From an uncultured archaeon (GTDB lineage: Archaea; Asgardarchaeota; Heimdallarchaeia; Heimdallarchaeales; Heimdallarchaeaceae): a stretch of 61,346 nt of DNA. Below, piece by piece: positions 30,553 through 39,710 of the stretch. Where the stretch lies: positions 3,548 to 64,893 of the forward strand of contig CAZJUB010000011.1 in assembly GCA_964549075.1 (NCBI GenBank), in the 5' to 3' direction. The notes under the pieces are model-generated. The model worked only from the letters and a program-made list of their open reading frames with translations. It was not told the DNA's origin and searched no databases. The translations under genes and the position numbers were made by a program. Each line of letters begins with the position of its first letter. Positions within the stretch are counted from its first letter, which is position 1.

Positions 30553-31737
30553 TCAGATAGTTAAACTATCTAAATCTCTCGGATAAGGAGTAATGTGTTC
30601 TGAACCATCTTCAGTTATTATAACAGTATCTGAATGTCTAAATCCACCGAATTTGTATTCATAAATACCTGGTTCGCAAGTAAACACCATACCTGGTTTG
30701 ATAATTTCATCTATCCCTATATCTAAAAATGGAGGTTCATGTCCCTCTAGACCTATTGAATGACCAGTATGATGCTGTACTAGATGAAAGAATCCTTCTT
30801 CCTTGAAAACTTTTCTTGCAGCTTTGTCAACATCACTACAAGGTATTCCTGGTTCAAAGGTTTCTAGAGCCGCATCTTGAGCTTTCTTCATTACTGCAAA
30901 ATAACGTCTCTGTTTTTCGTTTGGAGACCCAATAAACATAGTTCTTTCTAATTCAGAATGATATCCTGAGATATTAGCAGATGCACCTGTTACTAATACA
31001 TCTCCTTTCTTGAAAACAGTTTTTTGAAGAACAGAGTGAGGAATCGCAGACCATTCACCTATTTGTCCTCTATAACCTGCATTAGCAGGTAACAAACCTC
31101 TTGGTATTATACCTTTTAAATCATTAAGAAGTTGTTCAGAAGCTTCAATACATGCTTGTAATGAAACTTCGACTTCATTTTTTCCTTCTACTGTATATTT
31201 TTGTAATAGTTTGTGGGCTAAATCACCATACTTGGCTGAAATTTTTATTAAATTAATCTCTTCATCATCCTTTATTTTTCTGATATCTTGTATTAATGTT
31301 GGTTTGAGTTCTGTTTTAGTCCGATTCTCGAGTAAATCTGTTAATTTTGGTCCTTCATAACCCCAATAATTTGAGAATGATGCTGATTCCATTCCGATTG
31401 TCTTGTCAGTCAACTTGTTTTCAATTAGTTTAGCTATGAAAATATTTGCGGGATGTTTCTCATCAGGATATTCAAAATAGATTTCTCTTCCAACCCAAGA
31501 TATCTTTTCGATTAAATGCTCTTGTTCTAATCTAGGAACATAAAACCAAGGTTCTTCTGAAATCGGAAGAACCAATGCAATAGGGCGTTCAGTTGGAATA
31601 AAATGATATCCAGTAAGGTAATAAATCGATAGAGGACTGAAAAAAATAAAAGAGCCTAGTTCAGTTTTATTCATATAATCTCTAATCATCTCAATTCTTG
31701 TTAGATGATTGTCTTTTGATATTGCATATTTATTCAT
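30553..31737 (-). CDS. pepQ: Xaa-Pro dipeptidase/aminopeptidase (M24B)
   Basis: Creatinase N-domain; RKIKD.EEI, AIPH, GYHSELERT, HHTGHSIGLEGHE, FTCEPG, GGFRHSDT; probable ATG at 31737. Confidence 0.85.
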   Translation of the reverse strand: MNKYAISKDNHLTRIEMIRDYMNKTELGSFIFFSPLSIYYLTGYHFIPTERPIALVLPISEEPWFYVPRLEQEHLIEKISWVGREIYFEYPDEKHPANIFIAKLIENKLTDKTIGMESASFSNYWGYEGPKLTDLLENRTKTELKPTLIQDIRKIKDDEEINLIKISAKYGDLAHKLLQKYTVEGKNEVEVSLQACIEASEQLLNDLKGIIPRGLLPANAGYRGQIGEWSAIPHSVLQKTVFKKGDVLVTGASANISGYHSELERTMFIGSPNEKQRRYFAVMKKAQDAALETFEPGIPCSDVDKAARKVFKEEGFFHLVQHHTGHSIGLEGHEPPFLDIGIDEIIKPGMVFTCEPGIYEYKFGGFRHSDTVIITEDGSEHITPYPRDLDSLTI

Positions 31738-31747
31738 TCTATCACTT

Positions 31748-32200
31748 CTATGAAAATCCAATAATTGTGCTTGTTGGTAATTTTTTTCTAAGTTCAATTA
31801 AATCTGGTTTATATAAAAAGAATGTATTGGATTTATATTCTTTTTTTATGAATTGTTTCCAATCCATTTCAATTCTTCCAATTGCTTTTAGAACCAAAAA
31901 TTGCTCTATAAGTTCTCCTGAAATTATGTAAGTACCTGCTCCAAGATCACGTCTTCGTATAATAAGAATAGGAAGAAACACCTTTGTTTGTTTTTCAGAA
32001 GGACAAAGTTCACTTAGCAATTGAACTTCTTCTTCATCTATATAGATTTGAGCGTCTTCCTTTGTAACATAAAAATTGTAGCCTTTAAGAGCCATTTCTA
32101 AATTTACTCTTTTTTTTGGAAGATGCATATTTATAGAATCTATCTCATGTCTAAGGAATTTGGTTAATTTATCATTATCAAATCCCACTAAATTCACCAC
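31748..32200 (-). CDS. DUF61 (UPF0216) family archaeal protein
   Basis: EIDSINMHLPKKRVNL..LPILI..YKPDLIELRKKLPT. Confidence 0.75.
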   Translation of the reverse strand: MVNLVGFDNDKLTKFLRHEIDSINMHLPKKRVNLEMALKGYNFYVTKEDAQIYIDEEEVQLLSELCPSEKQTKVFLPILIIRRRDLGAGTYIISGELIEQFLVLKAIGRIEMDWKQFIKKEYKSNTFFLYKPDLIELRKKLPTSTIIGFS

Positions 32201-32997
32201 TAAAATTCAACATATTTTTTTGGAAAGAATATTTTGTCAATATTAGTGAATATTAGGAATGATCCAGAAATCATTGGTAAGAATAAAGTTAGTATACTTA
32301 CAACAACAAAAATAAAAGCCGATCCTGCTAATTTTAAGAATAATACATCATTTTCATACAATGCTCCTGAAATATAAATTAAGATGATAGCAAGTACTAT
32401 ATTTATTATTAAATCAAGCAACACAGCGTAGCTGAACCATAATATCATATTTGTTTTTTTAGCATTGAATCGCCTAACAATTTTTCCTATTATGTATCCT
32501 ATAGCAATTGCAAAAGGTATCCCTAGGATGATACTAACTGCGTTTATTGCTACGTATTGATTAAGTTCTGGAACTAAGGGGTAAGCGTCAACATTAGGAT
32601 TCTCGATTCTAACTGAGATAATTGAAATCAAAAGATTTAGTAGATAATGTACTATAGCGATTAAGATTGAATACAATGATATAATGAAGAATTTTCTAGT
32701 GAGTGTTACTTCTTCGAGTGATTTAACTTTAAGTTGTTTTTTCTCTTTCTTTTGATCTTGTTTAGCAACAGAAATATCAGGAATCTTTGGTAACGAAATT
32801 TTTTCTGATTCTTTCTTTATATCGCTAGGACTAGGTATCGTTTCGACTGATGGTACAGAAGTATCTCCTTGGACTTCCACTTCTTCAGGTTCATTTGATT
32901 CTTTTTCAAATTCGTAATTACAAAAAACACACCGTTTTGAACCTTGAATATTTAAATTACCACATTCTTTACAACGAATAAATTCTTCACTCATCAA
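32200..32997 (-). CDS. Zinc-ribbon-containing membrane protein
   Basis: CKECG..CVFC; Pro/Glu/Lys linker; four TM helices. Confidence 0.75.
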   Translation of the reverse strand: MMSEEFIRCKECGNLNIQGSKRCVFCNYEFEKESNEPEEVEVQGDTSVPSVETIPSPSDIKKESEKISLPKIPDISVAKQDQKKEKKQLKVKSLEEVTLTRKFFIISLYSILIAIVHYLLNLLISIISVRIENPNVDAYPLVPELNQYVAINAVSIILGIPFAIAIGYIIGKIVRRFNAKKTNMILWFSYAVLLDLIINIVLAIILIYISGALYENDVLFLKLAGSAFIFVVVSILTLFLPMISGSFLIFTNIDKIFFPKKYVEF

Positions 32998-33046
32998 TAA
33001 CTAATAATAATTTTGGAATTAAAAAAGTATCTGAAAGAATCGTAAG

Positions 33047-34222
33047 TTATTCGTTAACAGAATTGTTTTTTGCATCTTTAATGAGCTTACTGAATAGTTT
33101 TTCTTGTTCTGATGGCAGTTTAGAAATTTCTTTTAATTTCTGAAGTAATTCTTTTTCTTCATCATCTAATTTGCTAGGAATACTGTAGTGAATAAGAATA
33201 AGAAAATCACCATAATTCATTCCATATTGAGTTCTACGTTGAATACCTTTTTTCTGGAGTCGTAAGATCTGACCTTCTTTTGTTTTCTTAGGAATCTTAA
33301 CTTTTTCAGCTCCATAAGGAGTAGGGATTGTAATTTCTCCACCAAGGATTGCTAATGCATAAGGTATATCTAACTCTACAATAATATTATCACCTTGGCG
33401 TTTGTAAAAATCATGACTTTCAACTAATAATCTAACATAAAGGTCTCCTCTTGAGCCTCCTAAACGTCCTTCCTCTCCTTTATTTCTAATCCTCAACCTA
33501 AAACCCGAATCCACACCTGGTGGAATGTCTAGCTTGATCTTTTCATTTTCATCAGATCTCCCAGAACCACTGCAAGTTTTACATGGCTTATCTATAATTT
33601 GCCCTTTTCCATTACATTTACTACAAGCCTGTTGGGAAATATATCGAGTAAAACCCATTTGTCTTTGAACAGTTTCAACTCCAGAACCTTGACAATTTGG
33701 GCAGCTTTTAGGAGAAGTACCTTCTTGTGCTCCTGTACCATTACAGTCTGGGCATTCCTTCTTTATAGGAACTTCAACAATTTTCTTTGTGCCATATATA
33801 GCTTCTTCGAATCCTATTTTATAATCCATCAACAAATCAGAACCTTTTTGAGGACTTGAAGAACGACGAGTACGGCTTCTTCCTCCAAAGAATTGACTAA
33901 AGATGTCATCACCAAAAAAATCATCTCTAAATAATGATGAAAATAAATCAGAAAAAGTTGAAAAATCTCCAACATTTACAGAGGAGAAGTCTGATTGAAC
34001 ACCAGCAAAGCCATACCTATCATACGCAGATCGTTTTTCTGGATTTGATAAAATATCATAAGCTTCTGTTGCTTCTTTAAATTTCTCAGCTGCTTCAGGA
34101 TTATCTGGATTTCGATCAGGGTGATATTCCATTGCTTTCTTTCTGAAAGCTTTCTTTATATCTGCTTCTGAAGCATCTTTAGTAACACCAAGAACTTCAT
34201 AGTAATCTCTCTTGTTAGACAT
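33047..34222 (-). CDS. dnaJ: Chaperone DnaJ
   Basis: J-domain HPD, G/F region, four CxxCxGxG repeats. Confidence 0.97.
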   Translation of the reverse strand: MSNKRDYYEVLGVTKDASEADIKKAFRKKAMEYHPDRNPDNPEAAEKFKEATEAYDILSNPEKRSAYDRYGFAGVQSDFSSVNVGDFSTFSDLFSSLFRDDFFGDDIFSQFFGGRSRTRRSSSPQKGSDLLMDYKIGFEEAIYGTKKIVEVPIKKECPDCNGTGAQEGTSPKSCPNCQGSGVETVQRQMGFTRYISQQACSKCNGKGQIIDKPCKTCSGSGRSDENEKIKLDIPPGVDSGFRLRIRNKGEEGRLGGSRGDLYVRLLVESHDFYKRQGDNIIVELDIPYALAILGGEITIPTPYGAEKVKIPKKTKEGQILRLQKKGIQRRTQYGMNYGDFLILIHYSIPSKLDDEEKELLQKLKEISKLPSEQEKLFSKLIKDAKNNSVNE

Positions 34223-34310
34223 CTTACTTCCTCAACCAAATGGAGATATATGATAAAAAAAGTAAAGTAATAAAAATATTATCGGTATAAGAGAAAAGAA
34301 AAATGAAGAT

Positions 34311-36197
34311 CTAATCTTCATCTTCTACCGGTTCATAATCAACATCGATTACTTGTTCTTCATCAATATCTTGTTTTGTTTGATCTTGGTCTGTAGGAGC
34401 TCCAGTACTATAAGTTCCAGGTTGAGGACCTGAATCTCCAGGTGCCTGGCCTGTTTCTGCATAGATTCTCTGAGAAAATTTCATCATTTCTTGCATCAGT
34501 TCTTCAGTTTTAGCTTTGATTTTTTTAGAGTCTTCCGATTCCATCTCTTTCTTGAGTCCTTCCAATTTGCTTTCAAGGTTTTTCTTTTCCGAATCAGTTA
34601 ATTTATCTGCTAAATCTTTCAAGGTTTTTTCAGTTGAATAAACAGCTTGTTCTGCAGTATTTTTTGCATCGATAAGCTCTTTACGCTTGGAATCTTCCTC
34701 TTTATATTTCTCTGCATCATTTTTCATTTTCTCAATGTCTTCATCTGAAAGATGTGAAGATTGAATAACAATACTCTGTTTTTTACCAGTTCCTAAATCT
34801 TTAGCTGATACTTGAAGTATACCATTAGCATCTATATCAAAAGAAACTTCAATTTGTGGTATACCGCGAGGAGCAGGAGGAATTCCTACTAATTGGAATC
34901 TTCCCAAAGTTATGTTATCAGCAGCCATAGTTCTTTCACCTTGAAGAACATGGATATCTACAGAAGTTTGCATATCTGCAGCTGTAGTAAAAACATTTTT
35001 CTTGGTTACTGGGATAGTAGTATTTCGTTCAATTAGAGGAGTCATTACATTACCTAAGGTTTCAACACCTAAAGTGAGTGGGGTTACATCTAAAAGCAAG
35101 ATATCTTTAACTTCTCCAGCTAATACAGCAGCTTGTACTGCAGCACCTAGTGCAACAACCTCTTCAGGTGCGACACCTTTATGAGGTTCTTTTTCAAAGA
35201 GTTCTTTCGCCATGTCTCTAATCATTGGCATCCTTGTTGCTCCACCTACTAGTATAATTTGGTCTAAATCGCTTGGTTTAATATTACCATCCTTCATTGC
35301 TTGCCTAGAAGGTTCTGCACATTTTTCGACCAAATCTTGTGTCATATCCTCGAACTTTGCTCGGGATAGTTCTAGGTCAAGATGTTTTGGACCAGAGGCA
35401 TCAGCAGTAATGTAAGGAAGGCTAATATGTGCCTTTAGTTTTGTAGTAAGTTCAATTTTCGCTTCTTCTGCAGCATCTTTGAGTCTTTGAACTACTTTAG
35501 GATCTTTTGCTAAATCAATTCCTTCCTTTTTCTTAAATTCCTCAATCATCCACTCTATAACCCTTTGATCCCAGTCATCTCCTCCTAAGAGATTATTTCC
35601 ACTTGTAGCAACAACTCGAAATAAACCTTCATCGAGTTCTAAAATGGAAACATCGAAGGTACCACCACCTAAGTCAAAAACAAGGACTCTCTCTGCACCT
35701 TCTTTATCGAGACCATATGCTAAAGCACTAGCAGTAGGTTCATTTACAATTCTAAGAACTTCTAAACCAGCAATTTCACCAGCATCTTTAGTAGCCTGTC
35801 TTTGTGAATCACTAAAATAAGCAGGTACTGTAATAACTGCTTTGTGGATTTTCTGACCTAGATAGGATTCAGCATCTTCTTTCATTTTAGATAAAATCAT
35901 TGCAGAAATTTCTTCAGGTCGATATTCATTATCATAAGTTTTGAACGTAAACTTGGTACCCATTTTTCGTTTAATACTACGAATGGTGTGTTCAGGATTA
36001 GCAATAGCTTGCCTTTTAGCTTGGATACCAACTGTTCTTGTGCCATCTTCATTAAATGAGACAACACTAGGAGTTAATCTACCTCCTTCAACATTAGGAA
36101 TAATTTCAGGTTTACCTGCTACCATGTAAGCAATACCAGAGTTAGTAGTTCCTAAATCTATACCAACAACGAGTTCTTTCTTCGTCTTTTCACTCAT
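34311..36197 (-). CDS. dnaK: Chaperone DnaK (Hsp70), archaeal/Gram-positive short type
   Basis: [38 protein letters not shown]; lacks the proteobacterial N-terminal insert. Confidence 0.98.
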   Translation of the reverse strand: MSEKTKKELVVGIDLGTTNSGIAYMVAGKPEIIPNVEGGRLTPSVVSFNEDGTRTVGIQAKRQAIANPEHTIRSIKRKMGTKFTFKTYDNEYRPEEISAMILSKMKEDAESYLGQKIHKAVITVPAYFSDSQRQATKDAGEIAGLEVLRIVNEPTASALAYGLDKEGAERVLVFDLGGGTFDVSILELDEGLFRVVATSGNNLLGGDDWDQRVIEWMIEEFKKKEGIDLAKDPKVVQRLKDAAEEAKIELTTKLKAHISLPYITADASGPKHLDLELSRAKFEDMTQDLVEKCAEPSRQAMKDGNIKPSDLDQIILVGGATRMPMIRDMAKELFEKEPHKGVAPEEVVALGAAVQAAVLAGEVKDILLLDVTPLTLGVETLGNVMTPLIERNTTIPVTKKNVFTTAADMQTSVDIHVLQGERTMAADNITLGRFQLVGIPPAPRGIPQIEVSFDIDANGILQVSAKDLGTGKKQSIVIQSSHLSDEDIEKMKNDAEKYKEEDSKRKELIDAKNTAEQAVYSTEKTLKDLADKLTDSEKKNLESKLEGLKKEMESEDSKKIKAKTEELMQEMMKFSQRIYAETGQAPGDSGPQPGTYSTGAPTDQDQTKQDIDEEQVIDVDYEPVEDED

Positions 36198-36396
36198 AAA
36201 ATCACCTAGTCGGATTAAGTTATTTACACTATGTTTTAGCTTATTCGAAAGCTATTTTTTATGTTTGAAGGTGTCATTTAGTGATATATATATTTTACCA
36301 TTATTAAAAAATAAATTATCTAAATTCTACACTTTTTTCTCTGTGTATTTCTTTGTTGTAAAAATATAAAAGTAAAAGCGAATTGAAATGATTTCA

Positions 36397-37419
36397 TTAT
36401 ATTGAAACAGAATGTTTTTTCTTTTTATCGCTCTTAACTTGCTTCTTAGCTTTTTCATAATAAGGAGATTTAGATAGCATTATTGCTCTAACAATCGGTC
36501 TGAATATAATTATTATAAATCTTCTAAAACTGACTTTTCTTCTAAATTTTCTTAAGAAGTCTTTGAATGTAAATCTCTGAAAATGTAATAATTCTTGTGC
36601 TTCCTTTGTCTGCATAAAGTCACAGTGATAATAATCATCTAAATTTTTAGCTTTCCTGAAAGCTTCTTCAGGCAACATCCCTACACCTATAGCATCTAGA
36701 ATCAATGAAACAAAATCTCTTTGATATAGTTGATTTCCTTCTCCTCCTCCAATAAGAAGAGTTTTACCTATAGTTTCTGCAGATAGTGCGTTTACACAAG
36801 CTAATGCTACATCTCTCGAATCAACAACCTCTATTCTTTGATCTAGCGGAATTTCGTACATTATTTCAGGTATTGTCCAACCTAGCTCATATGGTGTTAT
36901 TGCCCCAAATCTGAGAATAGTCCAAGGTATTTTTGTTTGTCTCAAGTATTTTTCTACTTCTATTTTATGATGAGCATAGTTATCATATTCTAGCGGATTT
37001 AGTGGATCATCGACTTTTGTCGGAGGTATATGAGCCATTCTATTTCCATGAACTGCAATTGATGAAGCATAAACAAATTTAGGAGGTTTTTTCATCAATG
37101 CTGCTACTTTAATTAGGTTAATTGAACCTTTCACATTAACATCATATGCTAGTTTAGGGATTTCATATGCTAAAGGAGGAATAATTGCAGCAAGATGAAT
37201 TATAAACTCCACATCTTGTATAATTTTCCTTATCATCTTAGAATCCCTAATATCTCCCCAAACAACCTCAAAATTTCCTTTTCGTTGTAATTTATTCTTT
37301 ATTCGTACATTCTTAGAATTTTTCAAATCAAAACATCGAATTGAATATCCTCTTTCTATCAGAATCTCAACAGCATTCTGACCTACATTACCAAATGCCC
37401 CAGTTATTAGAACCTTCAT
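36397..37419 (-). CDS. NAD-dependent epimerase/dehydratase (extended SDR)
   Basis: ITGAFGNVG, GDIRD, HLAA, ASS, YAHHK. Confidence 0.88.
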   Translation of the reverse strand: MKVLITGAFGNVGQNAVEILIERGYSIRCFDLKNSKNVRIKNKLQRKGNFEVVWGDIRDSKMIRKIIQDVEFIIHLAAIIPPLAYEIPKLAYDVNVKGSINLIKVAALMKKPPKFVYASSIAVHGNRMAHIPPTKVDDPLNPLEYDNYAHHKIEVEKYLRQTKIPWTILRFGAITPYELGWTIPEIMYEIPLDQRIEVVDSRDVALACVNALSAETIGKTLLIGGGEGNQLYQRDFVSLILDAIGVGMLPEEAFRKAKNLDDYYHCDFMQTKEAQELLHFQRFTFKDFLRKFRRKVSFRRFIIIIFRPIVRAIMLSKSPYYEKAKKQVKSDKKKKHSVSI

Positions 37420-37547
37420 GATTTAATACTGTTCTCCACACTTATGAGATATTCAGTGCAACCGTAATTACAAGATTTTAGAATTGTATTTACACGCTAT
37501 GAGAATTTCAAGAAAGGTTTCATTTGAGTATTTATAAAGAATAGAAA

Positions 37548-37582
37548 AGTGTTTTTGTTTTTTTTCAAACCACAAAAACACT
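37548..37582. promoter_or_regulatory. Perfect 11-bp inverted repeat (candidate operator) in divergent intergenic region
   Basis: AGTGTTTTTGT (37548-37558), 13-bp spacer, ACAAAAACACT (37572-37582). Confidence 0.45.
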
Positions 37583-37645
37583 ATAGGCTCTGTGTTTTCC
37601 GTTGCACATAATTTTATATAGGAGCAAGTTTTAATTTATAATACC

Positions 37646-37930
37646 ATGTCGCTACCTACTTTTAAAGAAAAAGCAAGCAGAGTAAACTTCTGTATTATAA
37701 GGTGGTTACTGCAAATCGTATATGGTTTTGTTATAATGCTAGTAATGTGGCTCTTTGGAATCATAATTGGTTTTACATTTTTCATTAACTGTATTACCGT
37801 TTTGATTATGGGTAAGAGATTCAAACTGCATTATGATTTCGTCTTGAGAATAGCAAAATGGTTAGGACACGTATACATGTACTTCTTAGCTGCTACAGAC
37901 GATATTCCACCATTGTTCCCACCAGCATAA
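37646..37930 (+). CDS. DUF4389-like small membrane protein
   Basis: Two hydrophobic helices; VLIMGKR..HYDF..Y..ATDDIPP motif. Confidence 0.75.
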   Translation: MSLPTFKEKASRVNFCIIRWLLQIVYGFVIMLVMWLFGIIIGFTFFINCITVLIMGKRFKLHYDFVLRIAKWLGHVYMYFLAATDDIPPLFPPA

Positions 37931-38030
37931 TCAATACTTTTTTCGTTTTTTTTATTTTTTTTCCTTATACAAATAAATATAACATAGTTGTTTTATTATA
38001 ATCAAAAAGATAGAGAGTAAAGGTGAGATA

Positions 38031-38738
38031 ATGGACATCGATGAAATAGAAACACCTTATTTATCTGAGGAAGTACATCTGGCTAAAATCACTCCTTTAC
38101 GTGTAATTTGGGCTATGTTTAAACTAACCTCATGGCAAAATTTTGCGCATCATCCGACTTGTAGTGTTTATAAGAATCATTATTTTAACTTAGGAAGAAT
38201 CAAATTATGTGTTGGTTGCACAAGTTTGTATTCAATGTTAGGAGGATTTCTAATAGCTTTCTTCTCAGCTTATGATTTTTTCTTAAATAATGCTATTATT
38301 CTTCCTATTGTCTATTGTGCAGGTATTATTGCACTAGGTCTACATTTATTATTACATCCAAAAAATAAATGGTTCAAAGCTTTGTTTAGAGGTATTTTAG
38401 GTTTAGCAATTGGTGCGTATATTTCTATTATAGTACTAGGACCTACATGGTGGATCAGATTAATTCTTGGTTTATTGATTCCAGTTGAATTAGTTCTCTT
38501 TACCATCGTTAGAGGAAAACGTGCCAACTTAGAATTGTGTGAAACATGTCCTTTGCACATAGCTGAACCTCCTTGTGATCCAATGAAAAACACAGAAATA
38601 AAAGCAGCTAAAATAAATCAAATGATCGATTCTCAGATTGATAACCTTAAGAAATATACTGCTGAGTCCAAGAAGAAAAAAGAAGAAGAATTAGAAGTGT
38701 CCAGTGAAAAGGAAATTGAAGAAAACTCAGAAGAATAA
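38031..38738 (+). CDS. Membrane protein with Cys/His metal-binding motifs (DUF2085-like)
   Basis: HHPTC..H..LCVGC, four TM helices, CETCP..C, acidic/basic tail. Confidence 0.6.
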   Translation: MDIDEIETPYLSEEVHLAKITPLRVIWAMFKLTSWQNFAHHPTCSVYKNHYFNLGRIKLCVGCTSLYSMLGGFLIAFFSAYDFFLNNAIILPIVYCAGIIALGLHLLLHPKNKWFKALFRGILGLAIGAYISIIVLGPTWWIRLILGLLIPVELVLFTIVRGKRANLELCETCPLHIAEPPCDPMKNTEIKAAKINQMIDSQIDNLKKYTAESKKKKEEELEVSSEKEIEENSEE

Positions 38739-38743
38739 TTTAC

Positions 38744-39589
38744 TTACAGATACAATTCTCCTTTTAAAACAAGTTTTGTTTTCCCAACTATTTCTACTCG
38801 TTCATCCTCAAGCAATCTGACACTTATTTCTCCACCTCTAGACGAAATTTGTCTTGCTTTCATCTCGGTTTTAAATAACTTCTTTGACCAATAAGGAGTA
38901 AGAATAGTGTGTGCTGAACCTGTTACAGGATCTTCACTTATTCCCACCCAAGGTGCAAAGAAACGTGAAACAAAATCTACATCAGATGTACTCTTTGCTG
39001 TAACAATTACTCCTCTAATATCTTGTTCTAAAGGGAGTTTTTTTAGTTTTGAAAAATCTGGTTTAAGATATTTTACCTCTAATTCAGTTTCAACTTCAAT
39101 TAAGAGATCTGTTACACCTTTAGCATATCCAGCACTTACGTATTTTTCTATGCCTAAGGCAGATAATAACTTATCTGGAACTGAGATTTGTTCTGGGTCA
39201 TTTTTAGGAAAATTAAGTGCTATGCTATTGTTGAATCTTTTAGCTGAGAGTCTTCCACTCATAGTGTCAAAAAAAACTTCCTCAGCTTTCACATCAAGCT
39301 GGTAAAATAGAATCGCTGCTGTGGCTAGAGTTGCATGTCCGCACAAATTTACTTCCACTTCAGGGGTAAACCACCTCAGAGAGAAAACAGTTTGTTCAAT
39401 AACAGGAATATCTCTATTTACTCTAACAAAAGCTGTTTCTGATAAGTTCATTTCCGCAGCTATTTTTTGAAGTATTTCATCATTGAATTCATCGTATAAG
39501 ACACACACTGCAGCAGGATTTCCTTTGAAAGCTTCTTCGGTAAAAGCATCAACCTGATATAACGATATATTATCTGTTTTTAACTCCAT
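38744..39589 (-). CDS. PhzF family isomerase
   Basis: QVDAF..GNPAAV, EMNLSETAF, RWFTP.VEVNLCGHAT, EDPVTGSAH; probable ATG at 39589. Confidence 0.92.
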   Translation of the reverse strand: MELKTDNISLYQVDAFTEEAFKGNPAAVCVLYDEFNDEILQKIAAEMNLSETAFVRVNRDIPVIEQTVFSLRWFTPEVEVNLCGHATLATAAILFYQLDVKAEEVFFDTMSGRLSAKRFNNSIALNFPKNDPEQISVPDKLLSALGIEKYVSAGYAKGVTDLLIEVETELEVKYLKPDFSKLKKLPLEQDIRGVIVTAKSTSDVDFVSRFFAPWVGISEDPVTGSAHTILTPYWSKKLFKTEMKARQISSRGGEISVRLLEDERVEIVGKTKLVLKGELYL

Positions 39590-39710
39590 AAACTCACTTA
39601 TGAAAAAGTAAGCTGATACTATTTTAAAAATTACAGTATCAATACATTTTCTTATAAAGAAAAAACTGAGGTTCAAAAAAATTTATGAAGTATTCCAATA
39701 TAGTTCTTTT

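Noticed and set aside
36244-36249. Single TTCGAA upstream of dnaK suggesting shared regulation with the array, or a CIRCE element
   Set aside because: One hexamer is expected by chance, and there is no TTAGCACTC-N9-GAGTGCTAA
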